Positions 16,937-19,427 of a DNA stretch of 19,427 nucleotides are shown here, one piece after another. A model generated the notes under the pieces. The model was not told the DNA's origin. It saw only the letters and a program-made list of their open reading frames with translations, and did no database searches. The DNA comes from a virus. The stretch lies in UHGV virus genome UHGV-0123532; one strand, given 5' to 3'. Both the position numbers and the translations under genes were made by a program. Numbering within the stretch: position 1 is the first letter of the stretch; every line of letters starts with the position of its first letter.

Positions 16937-17353
16937 CTATGCGTGAAATACGGCACGTTGCGCGTCATCAATGAATACAGCTTGAGATCGTTCTATCAGG
17001 CGGAGATTTGTCAGAAGCTCTGACTCTTTTGTGTGGTAAGGCGTTATCAGGTAGTTGCCGTGCAGTTCGGCAATAATGGTGTATTGCGTCATTATTGCCG
17101 AACCAAGAATGTAAATGCGGCGTCCAATGCTGGACGGATTCATGGCTGCAACTGTTGACTGTGTTTTAAGAGTGTCGATTTCTTTGCCCTGTTCCTCAAT
17201 AATTTTGGCTGCTTCAGAGGTGGCTATTGCGATGGTCAGTGCGTAAAGCGCTGCCATATGTTGATTATCTTTCTGGGCTGCCCTGGACAGCTTGTCTTGC
17301 TCTGCTGACACTATTTTTAATGTATTGATAATATTTTTTTCTTTTGCGTTCAT
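16937..17353 (-). CDS. hypothetical early-operon protein (138 aa), possibly a gpB analogue
   Basis: ORF with GGAG RBS; assignment to B is positional only. Confidence 0.45.
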   Translation of the reverse strand: MNAKEKNIINTLKIVSAEQDKLSRAAQKDNQHMAALYALTIAIATSEAAKIIEEQGKEIDTLKTQSTVAAMNPSSIGRRIYILGSAIMTQYTIIAELHGNYLITPYHTKESELLTNLRLIERSQAVFIDDAQRAVFHA

Positions 17354-17445
17354 TTTATATCTCCGTTATTTACGTGTGCGAATACCTCCGCGAATGCGGA
17401 TAGTTTTCAGGTTTTCGGGTTTAATCTGGTGTTTTGTTTAAGCTA

Positions 17446-17559
17446 TTATTTGTCAGTGAAAAAGCGTTCAATCTTTTTTACTGAATGAATAATTCGCATA
17501 ATCCCAATGGCGCAGGCCACCGAAATAATCAGAACAAGCCATGAGATAAATATACTCAT
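17446..17559 (-). CDS. small single-TM peptide, 37 aa (MSIFISWLVLIISVACAIGIMRIIHSVKKIERFFTDK)
   Basis: Hand-translated; its ATG overlaps the stop of the upstream 80-aa gene as ATGA; hydrophobic core followed by a basic tail. Confidence 0.4.
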   Translation of the reverse strand: MSIFISWLVLIISVACAIGIMRIIHSVKKIERFFTDK

Positions 17560-17798
17560 GCGATATTCCCCAGCTTATACGGTTCAATGTGTTCCCCGCA
17601 TTCTGCGGCACAGATCAGCTCGGAAAGTTCGTTCAGTGCATCCAGATCATCAGCGTAAAAAGCAACGTCATACAAACTCCGGATTGCCCTGGTCAATGAG
17701 TCACGGGCTGCATGTTCAGCATGAGCGCCTGATGCACTTAAGCGAAAATAAAATCGTTCAAGTGCTTTGTTAATGAGAGTTTTATATTCTTTGCCCAT
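17556..17798 (-). CDS. hypothetical early-operon protein (80 aa)
   Basis: ORF from track; AAAGGG upstream. Confidence 0.5.
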   Translation of the reverse strand: MGKEYKTLINKALERFYFRLSASGAHAEHAARDSLTRAIRSLYDVAFYADDLDALNELSELICAAECGEHIEPYKLGNIA

Positions 17799-17809
17799 CG
17801 CAACGCCCT

Positions 17810-18088
17810 TTAATCTGCTTTCTGAATTTCAGCTTCTGAATCCATACAAATAATTTCGATATAGGGTTCATCGCCATTAACCTGACGTGCCTTTTCAGCT
17901 TCGCTAATGATTTCTCGTACGGTCTGGTACGGAAGCTCCACAGTCAGGCGCGTACCGTTCAGATAAACGTAAGTAGCTGCGTTTTTTTCGGATGGAACAA
18001 CTCCGTCAATGGCTGATGCGCGTAATAACAGTTCACCGCGAAAATCAATAAAACGGATAAATACACCTTGTGCATGCTCTTTGGTCAT
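17810..18088 (-). CDS. hypothetical early-operon protein (92 aa from internal ATG)
   Basis: Start moved to ATG at 18086-18088 (AGGTG RBS), which removes overlap with the upstream gene. Confidence 0.5.
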   Translation of the reverse strand: MTKEHAQGVFIRFIDFRGELLLRASAIDGVVPSEKNAATYVYLNGTRLTVELPYQTVREIISEAEKARQVNGDEPYIEIICMDSEAEIQKAD

Positions 18089-18098
18089 AAAGCACCTG

Positions 18099-18449
18099 TT
18101 ATAAATCAGCCTGTTTAATAAAACTTTGCCCGCGAAGCAGACGATCAACCGTGCGAAGTGCTTCGTATAATGTGAAATCCTGCCCGAAGTGATTGTCGCC
18201 GCAGTTCAATGCAAAAATGCGGTTTCCGGTAAACGGATTGCGTGGGCATTTGTGGACCACGATTCCAGCTTTCTCAATCAGCCAGGCATGCTCGCCGATT
18301 TGTTTTACAGCGTGGCCATCCGGTGTTGCGTGCGTCTCGTTCAGGTTATAGCGACTGTTACTACGTGATGCACTGGTAGCGACGTGGTGTACATGGCGTT
18401 CTACGCCATTACGAAATTTGGAGTATGGATTATTAGCGTTTTTTTTCAT
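18099..18449 (-). CDS. hypothetical early-operon protein (116 aa)
   Basis: ORF from track in operon context. Confidence 0.5.
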   Translation of the reverse strand: MKKNANNPYSKFRNGVERHVHHVATSASRSNSRYNLNETHATPDGHAVKQIGEHAWLIEKAGIVVHKCPRNPFTGNRIFALNCGDNHFGQDFTLYEALRTVDRLLRGQSFIKQADL

Positions 18450-18470
18450 GATGGTGCTCTGTTCATTGTT

Positions 18471-18674
18471 TTAGCTGTTAGCCAAAGCGTCTTTTAACAT
18501 CGCCACAAGGTTTACTTCAGGCTTTTCCATTTTGGCGCGTTTGGGGCGGATAATAATTCGACCGTCAGCCAACATCTTTTTGCATGTATTAAGAGGGATA
18601 CCTGTTATCTCTGCATATTTCTGCAGGGATACATAGGGGGCATTCACATTGATATTGATGGTTATACCTGACAT
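18471..18674 (-). CDS. cox: Cox-like small HTH protein (putative excisionase/switch regulator)
   Basis: APYVSLQKYAEITGIPLNTCKKMLADGRI resembles the P2 Cox N-terminal region (AIPYQEFAKLIGKSTGAVRRMIDKGKL) as remembered; early-operon position. Confidence 0.5.
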   Translation of the reverse strand: MSGITININVNAPYVSLQKYAEITGIPLNTCKKMLADGRIIIRPKRAKMEKPEVNLVAMLKDALANS

Positions 18675-18690
18675 CCCACTAGCCTCCTGA

Positions 18691-18897
18691 TCAGGAAGAT
18701 TTGTTTTGTTCTTTCTGGGTTAGCTCTAGGCCGCGAAGGAAGATCATGCGCGCCATGTTAGAGGATGAGCGTTGTTCTTTAGCTGCCATTTCATCAATGA
18801 CGGCTCGCTCCTCGAGGGACAGCCGAAGTGCCAGTCTTGGACCTGTGGCGGTGTTACGCGGAATGCGTGATCTGGTATCGTGAAGAACTTGTTTCAT
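18691..18897 (-). CDS. ribbon-helix-helix-like small regulator, first gene of the early operon
   Basis: PRLALRLSLEERAVIDEMAAKE is an Arc/CopG-like RHH signature; no strong RBS. Confidence 0.45.
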   Translation of the reverse strand: MKQVLHDTRSRIPRNTATGPRLALRLSLEERAVIDEMAAKEQRSSSNMARMIFLRGLELTQKEQNKSS

Positions 18898-18934
18898 AGT
18901 GGTATATTGTGATCATCTAATAGCTCGTGAAATC

Positions 18935-18963
18935 ATTTTGGTATCAAAAAAGATACCTGTCAA
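18935..18963 (-). promoter_or_regulatory. early (lytic) promoter with operator palindrome in the spacer
   Basis: Minus strand TTGACA (18958-18963) - 17 nt - CAAAAT (18935-18940); the spacer is the inverted repeat GGTATC-AAAAAA-GATACC (18940-18957). Confidence 0.5.
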
Positions 18964-18972
18964 GGTTTTTGT

Positions 18973-19377
18973 ATGAAAAATGATATTGGTCAGCGGTTGC
19001 GTGAGGAAAGGGAAAGATTGGGACTTAGTCAAGTTGCCATGAGCGACATTGGTGGAGTCAAAAAGCTAACTCAGCTTAGATATGAGAAAGGAGATAGCTT
19101 TCCTGATGCTGCGTATTTGGCAGCGCTGTCTCGTTTTGGCCTTGATGTTCAGTATGTTGTGTTGGGAATTCACTCACCTGAAACTTATAACGATGATGAG
19201 CAGGAGTTGATTACTCGCTTTCGAGCAGCTTCGTTAGATGTGAAAAACGCGGTGATTGGGGCTTTAAAAGGTGCGATCAGTGAAAAGGAAACTCAGCCAT
19301 CAGGACGTGAGTTAAATATTTCTGGTGGTAAAAACCGTATCGCTGGTCGTGACTATAACGAAACTAAGGGTAGGTGA
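18973..19377 (+). CDS. XRE-family HTH transcriptional repressor (immunity repressor, C-like)
   Basis: N-terminal HTH QRLREERERLGLSQVAMSD; transcribed divergently from the early operon. Confidence 0.7.
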   Translation: MKNDIGQRLREERERLGLSQVAMSDIGGVKKLTQLRYEKGDSFPDAAYLAALSRFGLDVQYVVLGIHSPETYNDDEQELITRFRAASLDVKNAVIGALKGAISEKETQPSGRELNISGGKNRIAGRDYNETKGR

Positions 19378-19392
19378 TAGTAGGGAGGTGAC

Positions 19393-19427
19393 ATGGCCGT
19401 CAACTCAAACGGTTCAAACAATCGCGT
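19393..19427 (+). CDS. 5' end of an ORF running off the window (MAVNSNGSNNR...)
   Basis: ATG at 19393 preceded by GGGAGGTG; only 11 codons visible. Confidence 0.3.
   Translation, partial: MAVNSNGSNNR

Noticed and set aside
1-19427. CRISPR array or IS element/transposase
   Set aside because: No regularly spaced direct repeats with unique spacers and no transposase-like ORF or terminal inverted repeats were seen

Overview
This window is a P2-family prophage from an enterobacterial host, and it looks defective. Reading left to right: a small secreted protein and a hok-like type I toxin locus (probably flanking DNA), then ogr and D on the minus strand, a truncated tail-sheath FI fragment on the opposite strand abutting a truncated L-like ORF, then M, N, an internally deleted O, and P/Q on the plus strand. 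Almost the whole tail and lysis module is absent. After Q comes a non-coding region where cos is expected, then an AT-rich two-gene cargo island at the position where P2 carries old/tin: a Dam-like N6-adenine methyltransferase translationally coupled to an OLD-family ABC-ATPase/Toprim nuclease. This pair is the main candidate for a restriction-modification-like defence module. The rest is replication gene A, an early operon of small genes containing a repeat-rich structured non-coding segment, cox-like and RHH regulators, and a divergent XRE-type repressor. Protein identifications rest on remembered P2 sequences and motifs read by eye; no database search was run.
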